From NCBI GenBank assembly GCA_043810925.1, contig JBDRNT010000104.1, positions 14,242 through 78,241 on the forward strand: 64,000 bases of DNA, written 5' to 3'. The position numbers and the translations under genes are program-made. The notes beneath the pieces are model-generated. The model searched no databases. It had not been told where the DNA came from and saw nothing but the letters and a program-made list of their open reading frames with translations. The DNA comes from Candidatus Eiseniibacteriota bacterium (lineage in GTDB: Bacteria; Arandabacterota; Arandabacteria; Arandabacterales; Arandabacteraceae). Every line of letters begins with the position of its first letter. The stretch's first letter is position 1. Positions 20,152 to 28,680 of the stretch are shown here, in pieces.

Positions 20152-21219
20152 ATGGACATCATAGACCTCAGAAGAATCAAACCTCCGGATGAAATCGGTG
20201 CTCTCAAGAAAGGGGTTCTGTTCCCGGTACTCGCACCGCTTTCGGGTCTGTACGCCCTGGCTGCACGTGTGTGGCGCAGCACGACTCCGAAGGTAACCGA
20301 TCCCGGCGTGCCGGTCATAAGCATAGGCAGCATATCCGTCGGAGGCACCGGCAAGACACCGCTGTGCATGTATGTTGCGCGCAAGTTCGCGGACAGGGGG
20401 ACGCGCGTGTGTATTCTTTCAAGAGGCTACAGACGCAGGAGCAGGCGATCGCCGCTTGCCGTCAGTGACGGTGACCGTCTGCTGGCAACCGTCGAAGAGG
20501 CAGGAGACGAACCTTTCATGATGGCCCGACGTCTGCCCGGTGTCGCGGTGATGGTCGGCAAGAACCGGGTCGAGGGCGCGCTTGCCGCAAGGGACCTTTT
20601 CAGCCCGGAGCTCCTGGTGCTTGACGATGGGTTCCAGCAGAGACGTATCGCGAAGTCTGCTGAAGTCGTGTGTCTCGACCTGGCCTCGCTTAAGCCCGGT
20701 GCCGCGCTGTTGCCTCTCGGCCCGTTGCGTGAGAGGCTGTCATCGATCAGGGAGGACCACATTGTTGTGATCCTTCTCCGGCACGGGGACACGAGACCCC
20801 CGCCCGGGGACCTCAAGCGGCTCCCATCGCGTAATATCTTCTATGCCGCGCGTTCGAGGCCTGTATTTGTGGATGGTGGCGGCAAGACCCTCGATACCGG
20901 GATTCCGGCCGCTGACCGGGTCGCTATCGTGAGCGGCCTTGCGAGACCGGCCGGTTTTGAGAAAGCATGCATTGCGGCGGGTGTTAATGCAGTGGTAAGT
21001 ATCCGCTTCGAGGATCACCACTGGTATCGGCGCGAAGACATCGATAAGATAAAGTCGGTGATGGACGCCGGTGATTGCAGCAGCATCGCCACAACTGAGA
21101 AGGATATCTATAAGATGCCTGCGGAGCTTGCGGCGATGGCGGTTGTGATACGGGCAGATACCGAGATCGAGCAGGCCCAGAGTTTCTGGAACGTGCTTGA
21201 AGATAAGGTGAGGGGTTGA
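20152..21219 (+). CDS. lpxK: tetraacyldisaccharide 4'-kinase
   Basis: P-loop SIGSISVGGTGKTP and ILSRGYRR are typical of LpxK. Start taken at ATG 20152; the ORF-track start is 20104. Confidence 0.87.
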   Translation: MDIIDLRRIKPPDEIGALKKGVLFPVLAPLSGLYALAARVWRSTTPKVTDPGVPVISIGSISVGGTGKTPLCMYVARKFADRGTRVCILSRGYRRRSRRSPLAVSDGDRLLATVEEAGDEPFMMARRLPGVAVMVGKNRVEGALAARDLFSPELLVLDDGFQQRRIAKSAEVVCLDLASLKPGAALLPLGPLRERLSSIREDHIVVILLRHGDTRPPPGDLKRLPSRNIFYAARSRPVFVDGGGKTLDTGIPAADRVAIVSGLARPAGFEKACIAAGVNAVVSIRFEDHHWYRREDIDKIKSVMDAGDCSSIATTEKDIYKMPAELAAMAVVIRADTEIEQAQSFWNVLEDKVRG

Positions 21220-21222
21220 CCG

Positions 21223-22821
21223 ATGAACACAAACGGATCGGATTTCCTGGTAGTCGGAAGCGGTATCGCCGGCCTCCTGGCAGCGATCAAGCTCTCCCGC
21301 TCGGGCAGCGTCACCCTCGTGACAAAGAAGAAACGGAGCGACTCAAATACCAATTACGCCCAGGGAGGCATCGCGGTCCCCGTCGGCGAGCAGGATTCCG
21401 TGGCCCTTCATATCGAGGATACCCTGACCGCCGGGTGCGGGTTGGGTCACCGCGAGGTAGTTGAATTCGTTGTCAAGCATGGAAAGCCGTGTCTTGAGGA
21501 ACTGATTGAAATGGGAGTGACATTCACTGCCGATGAGGACACCGGAAGGACCGGTCTGGCTCTCGGACGGGAAGGCGGTCACACGGCGAGCAGGATAGTC
21601 CATTCAAGAGACCATACGGGACGTGAGATTGAAACAGTGCTGCTCGATAAGGTTCGTACCATACCGGGTATCACGCTTCTGGAGAATCACATTGCCGTTG
21701 ACCTCATTCTCGAGTCGAAACGCAGGGGATGCAAGGTCACACCAGACAGGTGCTGGGGGGCATACGTCATGGATGTGATTGAGGGGAGTATCGAGCTGTT
21801 CCTGGCGCGTGTTACTATCCTCGCAAGTGGTGGTGCAGGTAAGGTCTATCTTTATACGTCGAATCCCGATATCGCCACCGGGGACGGGATTGCGATGGCA
21901 TACCGGGCGGGGGCCCGGTGTGCGAACCTGGAATTCGTGCAGTTTCATCCTACGTGTCTGTACCATCCGCGTGCCAAGAGTTTTCTCATATCCGAGGCTG
22001 TCCGTGGAGAGGGTGCCATCTTGAGAACGCTTGAGGGCGAGGCCTTCATGGAAGGGTACGATCCGCGGGGTGAACTCGCCCCCCGGGATGTTGTCGCCAG
22101 GGCGGTCGATTCCGAGATGAAGCGCAAAGGTGACAAACACGTACTGCTTGACCTGAGCGCGATCGACGGGACACGTATAAGGAAGAGATTCCCGAACATC
22201 TACAGGACATGTCTGGACTTCGGAATCGACATAACGAGGCAGCCGATCCCCGTGGTCCCGGCGGCTCACTACATGTGCGGTGGCGTCGTCACCGACCTTG
22301 CGGCGAGAACAGACATAGAAGGACTGCTTTGTGCGGGCGAGGTCGCCGCCACAGGTCTCCATGGGGCCAACCGCCTGGCCTCCAACTCACTTCTGGAGGC
22401 ATTGGTGTTCGCCAGTGTATCCGCCTCGACGGCTGCAGGTATCAGGGACGAAATCGGGTCGCAGCTGCCGCGGATCGAACCCTGGCAGGACGAGGGCACG
22501 GCAGAGCTTGAGGAAGTGGTGTTCCTGGATCATGATTGGGATCAGGTGAGGACGCTGATGTGGGACTATGTCGGGATAGTACGGTCCGACCAGAGGCTGA
22601 AGATCGCCAAGAAGCGGATCCGCCTCTTGAGAGAACAGATCGAGACCTACTACTGGAACTATCGACTGACTCCCGATCTGGTGGAACTCAGAAACATCGC
22701 ACTTGTGGGTGAGCTGATAATCAGATGCGCGATGATGCGGAGGGAGAGCAGGGGGCTGCACTACAACATAGATTGCCCGGATACCGACGACTCCACGTGG
22801 AAACGAGATACCCTGCTGTAG
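21223..22821 (+). CDS. nadB: L-aspartate oxidase
   Basis: 532 aa. FAD motif VVGSGIAGL, plus HYMCGGV and RESRGLHYNIDCP of the succinate dehydrogenase/aspartate oxidase flavoprotein family. Confidence 0.9.
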   Translation: MNTNGSDFLVVGSGIAGLLAAIKLSRSGSVTLVTKKKRSDSNTNYAQGGIAVPVGEQDSVALHIEDTLTAGCGLGHREVVEFVVKHGKPCLEELIEMGVTFTADEDTGRTGLALGREGGHTASRIVHSRDHTGREIETVLLDKVRTIPGITLLENHIAVDLILESKRRGCKVTPDRCWGAYVMDVIEGSIELFLARVTILASGGAGKVYLYTSNPDIATGDGIAMAYRAGARCANLEFVQFHPTCLYHPRAKSFLISEAVRGEGAILRTLEGEAFMEGYDPRGELAPRDVVARAVDSEMKRKGDKHVLLDLSAIDGTRIRKRFPNIYRTCLDFGIDITRQPIPVVPAAHYMCGGVVTDLAARTDIEGLLCAGEVAATGLHGANRLASNSLLEALVFASVSASTAAGIRDEIGSQLPRIEPWQDEGTAELEEVVFLDHDWDQVRTLMWDYVGIVRSDQRLKIAKKRIRLLREQIETYYWNYRLTPDLVELRNIALVGELIIRCAMMRRESRGLHYNIDCPDTDDSTWKRDTLL

Positions 22822-22887
22822 TCCGGATTGCCCGCATACCTCAAGATCGAATTGCTTTCCGGGCGGTTCCGGGATATGATATTGACC

Positions 22888-24432
22888 ATGAAGACTCGGA
22901 TTCGGATCCTGAGATGTCCAATGATTGTTTACCTTCTGGTTGTGATCCCTTTCGTGGCGTGTTCAACGGGAGGGAATTCCCATGAGGGGGGGAGTGCTGA
23001 GATGGAGCCATCAGGAAAAGTCCGCGAACCGGCGGTCGCAGGCGCCTTCTATCCGGGAACTGAGGAAGCGTTGCGCGGTGCTGTCTTAAATATGCTTGCC
23101 GCGGTTGAGCCCGCGGAGATCAAGGGTGAAGTTGTAGGCCTGATATCGCCGCACGCGGGCTACGTTTACTCCGGCGATGTCGCCGCCCACGGCTACAAAC
23201 TTGTGGAAGGCAAAAGTTTCGACGCGGTCATCGTGGTTGCCCCGAGTCACCACGCTTACTTCGAGGGCAGCTCCGTATACACTCTCGGTCCTTACAGAAC
23301 ACCTCTCGGTCTTGTGGACATCCACAAGGAACTCGCGGAGGCGATCGTCGATTCGGATAAGTCAATCGGGTTCCATGCCCCGGCACACCAGCAAGAGCAC
23401 TCACTGGAAGTACAACTGCCGTTCCTCCAGGTGGCCACTGCCGACCTGAGGGTGGTCCCCATAGTAATGGGCGATCAGTCACTGGCCAATTGCATACGGC
23501 TGGGACAGGCGATCGCGTCCAGTGCCAAGAACATGGACGTCCTCCTCGTGGCGAGCAGCGATCTTTCGCATTTCCATCCGTATGACGAAGCTGTCGGGCT
23601 TGACAGGAGAATAATCGATCGGATCGAGCAGTACGACTACGAGGGTCTTGCAAGTGATCTCAAGGCGCGGAGGTCCGAGGCCTGCGGCGGTGGTCCGATG
23701 ATCACGGTTATGATTGCTTCGAAGGAGCTGGGGGCGTCCGATGCCGTTGTGCTCAAGTATGCCAACTCGGGTGATGTCACGAACGACAAGTCGGGTGTGG
23801 TCGGCTATCTTGCAGTTGCGCTCGTCAAGAAAACATCGGTCGGTGTGGATCTGGGGATAGGGCGGAGTGAAAAAGTGGAGTTACTGAACCTCGCGAGACG
23901 CACAATTGAGGCTAAGATCCTGGGCAAGCCGCTGCCCCCGTCGGACAGCGATTCGCCGTTACTGAACGAGAAGATGGGTGCCTTTGTTACGATCACCAAA
24001 CACGGGCAGCTCAGAGGATGTATCGGTCACCTGAGGGGGACCGAACCGCTTCACAGTACAATCTCAAAGATGGCAGTCGCCGCGGCGACTGAGGACCCGA
24101 GGTTCCCACCGCTCAGTGTCGGTGAGATTGAGGACATATCGCTTGAGATCTCGGTGCTGACGCCTTTCCGGAAGATTGTCAGTCCTGATGAAATCGAAGT
24201 CGGACGTGACGGCATCTATATCGAGAAGGGTCATAACCATGGCCTGCTTCTGCCCCAGGTGGCCACGGAGTACGGATGGGACAGAGATGAGTTCCTCAAG
24301 CACACATGCGGCAAAGCCGGCCTGCCGGGAGATGCCTGGCGCGAGGGGGCTGATATCTATATCTTCTCTGCCCAGGTTTTCAATGAGAAGGAGCTCTCAG
24401 AAGAAGCTTCCTCCCAAGCAGAATCGCAATGA
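22888..24432 (+). CDS. Memo-like (AmmeMemoRadiSam protein B) / AMMECR1 (protein A) fusion with lipoprotein-type signal peptide
   Basis: Signal MKTRIRILRCPMIVYLLVVIPFVAC. Memo motifs ISPHAGYVYSG and QEHSLEVQLPFLQ. AMMECR1 motifs GQLRGCIGH and HGLLLPQVA. Start is uncertain (22828, 22876 or 22888). Confidence 0.85.
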   Translation: MKTRIRILRCPMIVYLLVVIPFVACSTGGNSHEGGSAEMEPSGKVREPAVAGAFYPGTEEALRGAVLNMLAAVEPAEIKGEVVGLISPHAGYVYSGDVAAHGYKLVEGKSFDAVIVVAPSHHAYFEGSSVYTLGPYRTPLGLVDIHKELAEAIVDSDKSIGFHAPAHQQEHSLEVQLPFLQVATADLRVVPIVMGDQSLANCIRLGQAIASSAKNMDVLLVASSDLSHFHPYDEAVGLDRRIIDRIEQYDYEGLASDLKARRSEACGGGPMITVMIASKELGASDAVVLKYANSGDVTNDKSGVVGYLAVALVKKTSVGVDLGIGRSEKVELLNLARRTIEAKILGKPLPPSDSDSPLLNEKMGAFVTITKHGQLRGCIGHLRGTEPLHSTISKMAVAAATEDPRFPPLSVGEIEDISLEISVLTPFRKIVSPDEIEVGRDGIYIEKGHNHGLLLPQVATEYGWDRDEFLKHTCGKAGLPGDAWREGADIYIFSAQVFNEKELSEEASSQAESQ

Positions 24433-26656
24433 GTGCAATCCCGTTGAAGATCGTCACGGTGTAAGCCGACCGGGCAAGCCCCAGCGACGGTATGATAAGA
24501 AGGCCTGTCGTGAAGCCTGCGACGCAGGCTCCGGTCAGGTCCAGTGAATAGGAAATCGCCCCGGCATCGCTTGCTTTTCGGCCGGTTGATGACAGAGACT
24601 TTGAAGCGACCGCAAAGATAGTCCCGGCAAGTCCCCCGGTGATAAACGCCATTACCGCGAATATGACATCCGGCGCATGCTGCCAGGCCCCGGGGCCCGT
24701 GGTTCTGAGCACGTTGAGAACCGCCACCACCACGAGCGGCATAATCAAGAGACCGCAGTGCACGATGGGCAGCACCCGGGGCGCGAAGAGCCCCCCGGCT
24801 CGCGTCCCGGCCAGGCTTGATGCCAGACCCATGCCCAGCATGAACGCAGCAACAATCATGGCGATACCGACGTAGATGTAGCCGCTCACAATCTGAAACC
24901 CCAGTACTATCAGGATCTCGGTGAACATAGCGGTTAGCCCCATGGAGTAGATGGCCACGGCCGCAGAGAGACCGGACCTGGAGGCCGCAAATGCACGCAT
25001 GTGCGTGGCGGTTATCACCACCCCGGTCAGGACGAGCAGGAGCAGGCAGCTCTTCATGTTCAACCGGGAGACCATGAATGAGATTATCTTCCCGCTTCTG
25101 AAGTGCTTGGCCCATAGTGAAATCGAATATGAGAAGGAGATCGGCATCACATCCGTGTTGATTTTGCCGGTGTCGTGCGCGGCGATCACGCTGTCCAGGC
25201 GCGCCGCCCGGATCGGTGAGAGGCGGTCCCGGAGCACGTACTCCGTTGTGTATGATGTATCCAGGGCACGACGGGAAAGAGTCTCGAGAAGGAGATCTGT
25301 CCTTCCACCGATATCGAGCCCGGGAGAGGCCAGGAGATGGATGTACTCCCCGGGTACAAGCCCGACGAATTCGAATACCCGGCGGCAACTGTTTACGAGA
25401 GCCGAGAGCAGGGAGGCGAGTTCGGGGCCAAGGTAAGCTCCCTCGGAGGGGATCTTGAGTGCCATGACGCCGTTAGGGCCGACAACCGACTTCACACATT
25501 GGAAGAACTGAACGGTGTAATACCTGTTCAGTTGAAGAGTTACAGGTGTGCCTACATTGATTATGACCACGTCGTAGTGTCGGGGAGTCACTGCCATAAA
25601 GCGTCTTCCGTCGCCGTAGACAGGTGTCACAGTGATCCCATCACCTTCAAGCCAGCCCTCAGGTGCGAGAGGCGCCAGGATTTCCAGACCGGTCGAGTCG
25701 AGCTCGACATAGTCCAGCCGCACGACCGACGGGTGTTTCGCGACCTCCAGGACGATTCCTGAACCGGTTGCCCCGATCACAAGAACGCTCTTCGGGTTTG
25801 GATGATGGAGGAGCGGGATGTGGACACACTCCTCGGCATACATCGGGTCGGGAATAGTGAATGCGAGAACGCCGCTTTCGAAGAAGTCATACGCACCCGC
25901 CCGGTCGGTAACGACGATGTTGCCGTACCTGGTGTCGACTGTCTCGATGACCTTGAGAGGGGCCCACTGTGATTGCCGTGTGGCGAGATCAAGCCGGGGG
26001 CTGACTGCGAGCCCGAGCACGAGCAATGCGAGAATCACGGCGCCTGTTATGAGGCCGCGGCGCCGCCCGGACGGAGTGGTGCTCAAGAGCAGGTAGAGGC
26101 CGCTCAACATGCTCGTGATTCCCGCCAGCATGATGATTGCTACGGGATTTAAAGCCTCAAGCAGACGGAAACTCAGAAGCAGGCCGCCGGTACCCGAACC
26201 AAGTGCTTCTACCCCATAGACAATCGATATGGGCGCCCCTATTTGAGAGCGCTCCGCCAGGCCTACCATCGTCACAAATAGACCGCCGAGGCAAAGCGCA
26301 CAGGGCACGATTCCGACAGCCGAGAGCACGAGTATCATGGCGGGCCCCGGAATTTCACCGAGAGTGACAAGAAGAGGATGCAGCAGTCTGATCAGGACCA
26401 CCTGGGCCGGAGCGGTAACTGCAGCCATGACAAAGAGGACGCCCGCCGCGGACTGAGCCCTCGAGGATCCCACATGTCGCTTGAACACAAGACAACCGGC
26501 GGCAACAGCCAACAGCCACAGGGCCAGCGATGTGGCTATCGTCAACTCGTTTCCGGTGAAGGCAACGAGCAGCTCCCTGATTATCATGACCTGGGTGAAG
26601 ATGCTGACCAGACCAAGACACCAGGAAAGTAGTAAGAATCCTCTTTTAGAAGGCAT
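24380..26656 (-). CDS. fused MFS-like membrane domain / spermidine synthase-like protein
   Basis: 758 aa. Multiple TMs at both ends flank a SpeE-like SAM-fold core (VLVIGATGSGIVLEVAKHPSVVRLDYVELD). One of only two minus-strand genes. Confidence 0.78.
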   Translation of the reverse strand: MPSKRGFLLLSWCLGLVSIFTQVMIIRELLVAFTGNELTIATSLALWLLAVAAGCLVFKRHVGSSRAQSAAGVLFVMAAVTAPAQVVLIRLLHPLLVTLGEIPGPAMILVLSAVGIVPCALCLGGLFVTMVGLAERSQIGAPISIVYGVEALGSGTGGLLLSFRLLEALNPVAIIMLAGITSMLSGLYLLLSTTPSGRRRGLITGAVILALLVLGLAVSPRLDLATRQSQWAPLKVIETVDTRYGNIVVTDRAGAYDFFESGVLAFTIPDPMYAEECVHIPLLHHPNPKSVLVIGATGSGIVLEVAKHPSVVRLDYVELDSTGLEILAPLAPEGWLEGDGITVTPVYGDGRRFMAVTPRHYDVVIINVGTPVTLQLNRYYTVQFFQCVKSVVGPNGVMALKIPSEGAYLGPELASLLSALVNSCRRVFEFVGLVPGEYIHLLASPGLDIGGRTDLLLETLSRRALDTSYTTEYVLRDRLSPIRAARLDSVIAAHDTGKINTDVMPISFSYSISLWAKHFRSGKIISFMVSRLNMKSCLLLLVLTGVVITATHMRAFAASRSGLSAAVAIYSMGLTAMFTEILIVLGFQIVSGYIYVGIAMIVAAFMLGMGLASSLAGTRAGGLFAPRVLPIVHCGLLIMPLVVVAVLNVLRTTGPGAWQHAPDVIFAVMAFITGGLAGTIFAVASKSLSSTGRKASDAGAISYSLDLTGACVAGFTTGLLIIPSLGLARSAYTVTIFNGIALIAILLGRKLLLRAPSH

Positions 26657-26672
26657 GATCGAATTATCTTCC

Positions 26673-26701
26673 TTGATTTGTAGGCCATCTTAGCATAGTC
26701 T
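26673..26701 (+). promoter_or_regulatory. candidate sigma70 promoter TTGATT-17-TAGTCT
   Basis: Sits in the 59-nt divergent gap between the (-) gene start (26656) and GTG 26716. The AGGTGG SD follows. Weak -10. Confidence 0.3.
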
Positions 26702-26715
26702 ATAGGTGGATTCAA

Positions 26716-27126
26716 GTGGACCCTGACCGCAGAGGGAGCGACATGGGGCAAAGTGACTTGATGAGTGATCTGGAGGTACTGGCAGCCGACGATGCCCGGT
26801 ACAAACTGGAATCGTATATCTTTGTGATCAATGCAGTTGAGTTCACCATGCGGAGCTTGAGACGCAGGGGACACGTCAGCGGGCGTGAGCTGCTGGAAGG
26901 AATCAAAGGCCTGGCGAAGAGGGAATTCGGGCCGATGGCGAAGACGGTCTTTGAGAGTTGGGGTGTGGCCAAAACCGAGGACTTCGGCGAGATAGTCTTC
27001 AAACTGATCGGGGCCGGCATACTGGGCAAGACCGACAAGGACTCCCGGGAAGACTTCACCAACGTATTCGACTTCAACGATGTCTTCGAAAAGCAGTACG
27101 ATTGGAACATCGAGGGAGCGTTATGA
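26716..27126 (+). CDS. conserved hypothetical protein (resembles the Minf_1886 family from memory)
   Basis: 136 aa. AGGTGG SD lies 6 nt upstream of GTG 26716. Pattern YKLESYIFV...GHVSGRELLEGI...FGPMAKTVFESWGV.KTEDFGEIVF.LI..G...K...D..EDF..VFDF. Not verified by search. Confidence 0.55.
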   Translation: MDPDRRGSDMGQSDLMSDLEVLAADDARYKLESYIFVINAVEFTMRSLRRRGHVSGRELLEGIKGLAKREFGPMAKTVFESWGVAKTEDFGEIVFKLIGAGILGKTDKDSREDFTNVFDFNDVFEKQYDWNIEGAL

Positions 27127-27138
27127 CCTGGGGGGCGA

Positions 27139-27600
27139 GTGATGCATCCGCAGGATGACGATATTATCAGGGATATCAGGCACCTTCAGGAGACCATGGA
27201 ACGTTTGCTGTCGGATTTCTCAAGACTGCACACGCCCCTGTTGCTCGGTAAGGAATCGGTGTGGCGACCGCTGACCGATGTCTACGAGACCGACAAAGAG
27301 TACGTGATCAGGATGGAGATTGCAGGCATGGACCCGGATGATTTCAGCGTGACGCTGCACAACCGGGTTTTCAGGATCAAGGGTGTGAGACGCGATCCAC
27401 CGCCCGCCGGGCAGAGGCGTTTTCACAAAATGGAGATAAGTGTGGGACCGTTCGAGGGCAACGTGGAGATCCCGTCCAACGTGAGGACATCCTCCATGGA
27501 GGCCCACTACGACAACGGCTACCTTCTCATAAGGATCAGCAAGGGCGCAGACAATCTGAAGGGCGGAGAAAGGACAATCCCCGTAGAGAGAGGTTTGTAG
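27139..27600 (+). CDS. Hsp20/alpha-crystallin family small heat shock protein
   Basis: 153 aa. Alpha-crystallin domain (WRPLTDVYETDKEYVIRMEIAGMDPDDFSV...AHYDNGYLLIRISK). Confidence 0.9.
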   Translation: MMHPQDDDIIRDIRHLQETMERLLSDFSRLHTPLLLGKESVWRPLTDVYETDKEYVIRMEIAGMDPDDFSVTLHNRVFRIKGVRRDPPPAGQRRFHKMEISVGPFEGNVEIPSNVRTSSMEAHYDNGYLLIRISKGADNLKGGERTIPVERGL

Positions 27601-27601
27601 A

Positions 27602-28678
27602 TTGCCCACCTGGACAACCAAGGCACTGACTGACGTCGCGAGCAGACTCTTCGGCGGCAAGAGGGTGAACCAGCCTTTCTCGCTCGCCAAGCTCGCCCAG
27701 AGTGCCAGACGTGTGCTCATAGTCCCTCCGGATGGCATAGCCGAAATGCTGGTTCTCTACCCGGCACTCACCATGCTGAGATCCGCATTACCGGAATCGA
27801 GGATCATCTGTCTCGTGCAGAATGGGCAGGCGGAGATCTTCAGGGATCGGAGCGTGGTCGACGATCTGGTCGAGTTTCCGAAGCTCACCGGGGCTGGAGC
27901 GGTCTGGGGATACCGGTCATTTGTGAGCGAGATCAGAGAGCGCATGGTCGAAGCGGTGTTCTACTTCGATTACAGGCATGACTTTTATAGAGTGATACTG
28001 CCGCTCCTTAGCGGCGCACGTCTTAGACTCAAGGTCCGGGGTGAAATCGGTTATCCTCTCTTCAACATCGAGGTGGTGCCCGGCAGCAACGCAACGTACT
28101 TCCGTGATGTCAATCTGTGTCTTGTGAAGTTCCTCTCCTCCGGGGGAGGCAAATGGTCGGGATGGACGTTCCCTGAGAACGAAGCGAAGATCGCCAAGGA
28201 GATCATTGGGTTCAGGAAGCCTAACGCCTCGGATCTCCTGATCGGCGTCGATCTGAGTTACACAAAAGCGGGAGGGAGGCCGCCCTTCGATGCCGCGATC
28301 AGGCTGGCAAGAAGTTTCGCGGCACTCAAGCCCAGCAGGATTGCGCTCTTGTCCGACCCCAACCCGGCGATCAAGGCTGATGAGATAAAGCGCCTTGGAC
28401 CGTACGACTGGCTGGATATACCCGGGAAGAGTTTCCGGGATACCCTGGGAATCCTGTCGCAATGCGATCTCTTTATAAGCGGAAACACCGATCTCTTCCA
28501 TTTCGCGGTCTCGATGGGAATACCTTCATATGTGCTGTTCTCTGATGCGGACGACAGAAGGTGGATACCCAGCGACGGGATGTTCTGCCTGGTTGAGGAA
28601 GATACCTGGAAGACCACCCCACCCGCAAAGCTGGCGATGCAGATGCGTGATTTCGTCAGCGCCCCCTCAAGGATCTGA
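27602..28678 (+). CDS. glycosyltransferase family 9 (heptosyltransferase-like)
   Basis: 358 aa. GT9-type N-terminus RVLIVPPDGIAEMLVLYPALTMLRSALPESRI and a C-terminal GNTDLFHFAVSMGIP segment. TTG start lies 1 nt after the hsp20 stop. Confidence 0.72.
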   Translation: MPTWTTKALTDVASRLFGGKRVNQPFSLAKLAQSARRVLIVPPDGIAEMLVLYPALTMLRSALPESRIICLVQNGQAEIFRDRSVVDDLVEFPKLTGAGAVWGYRSFVSEIRERMVEAVFYFDYRHDFYRVILPLLSGARLRLKVRGEIGYPLFNIEVVPGSNATYFRDVNLCLVKFLSSGGGKWSGWTFPENEAKIAKEIIGFRKPNASDLLIGVDLSYTKAGGRPPFDAAIRLARSFAALKPSRIALLSDPNPAIKADEIKRLGPYDWLDIPGKSFRDTLGILSQCDLFISGNTDLFHFAVSMGIPSYVLFSDADDRRWIPSDGMFCLVEEDTWKTTPPAKLAMQMRDFVSAPSRI

Positions 28679-28680
28679 TC

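Noticed and set aside
24357-25388. 343-aa alternative-frame ORF on the minus strand inside the MFS/spermidine-synthase-like gene
   Set aside because: It overlaps a longer ORF with obvious TM helices and a SAM-fold motif. Its own translation is Arg/Gly/His/Pro-rich with no recognisable features.
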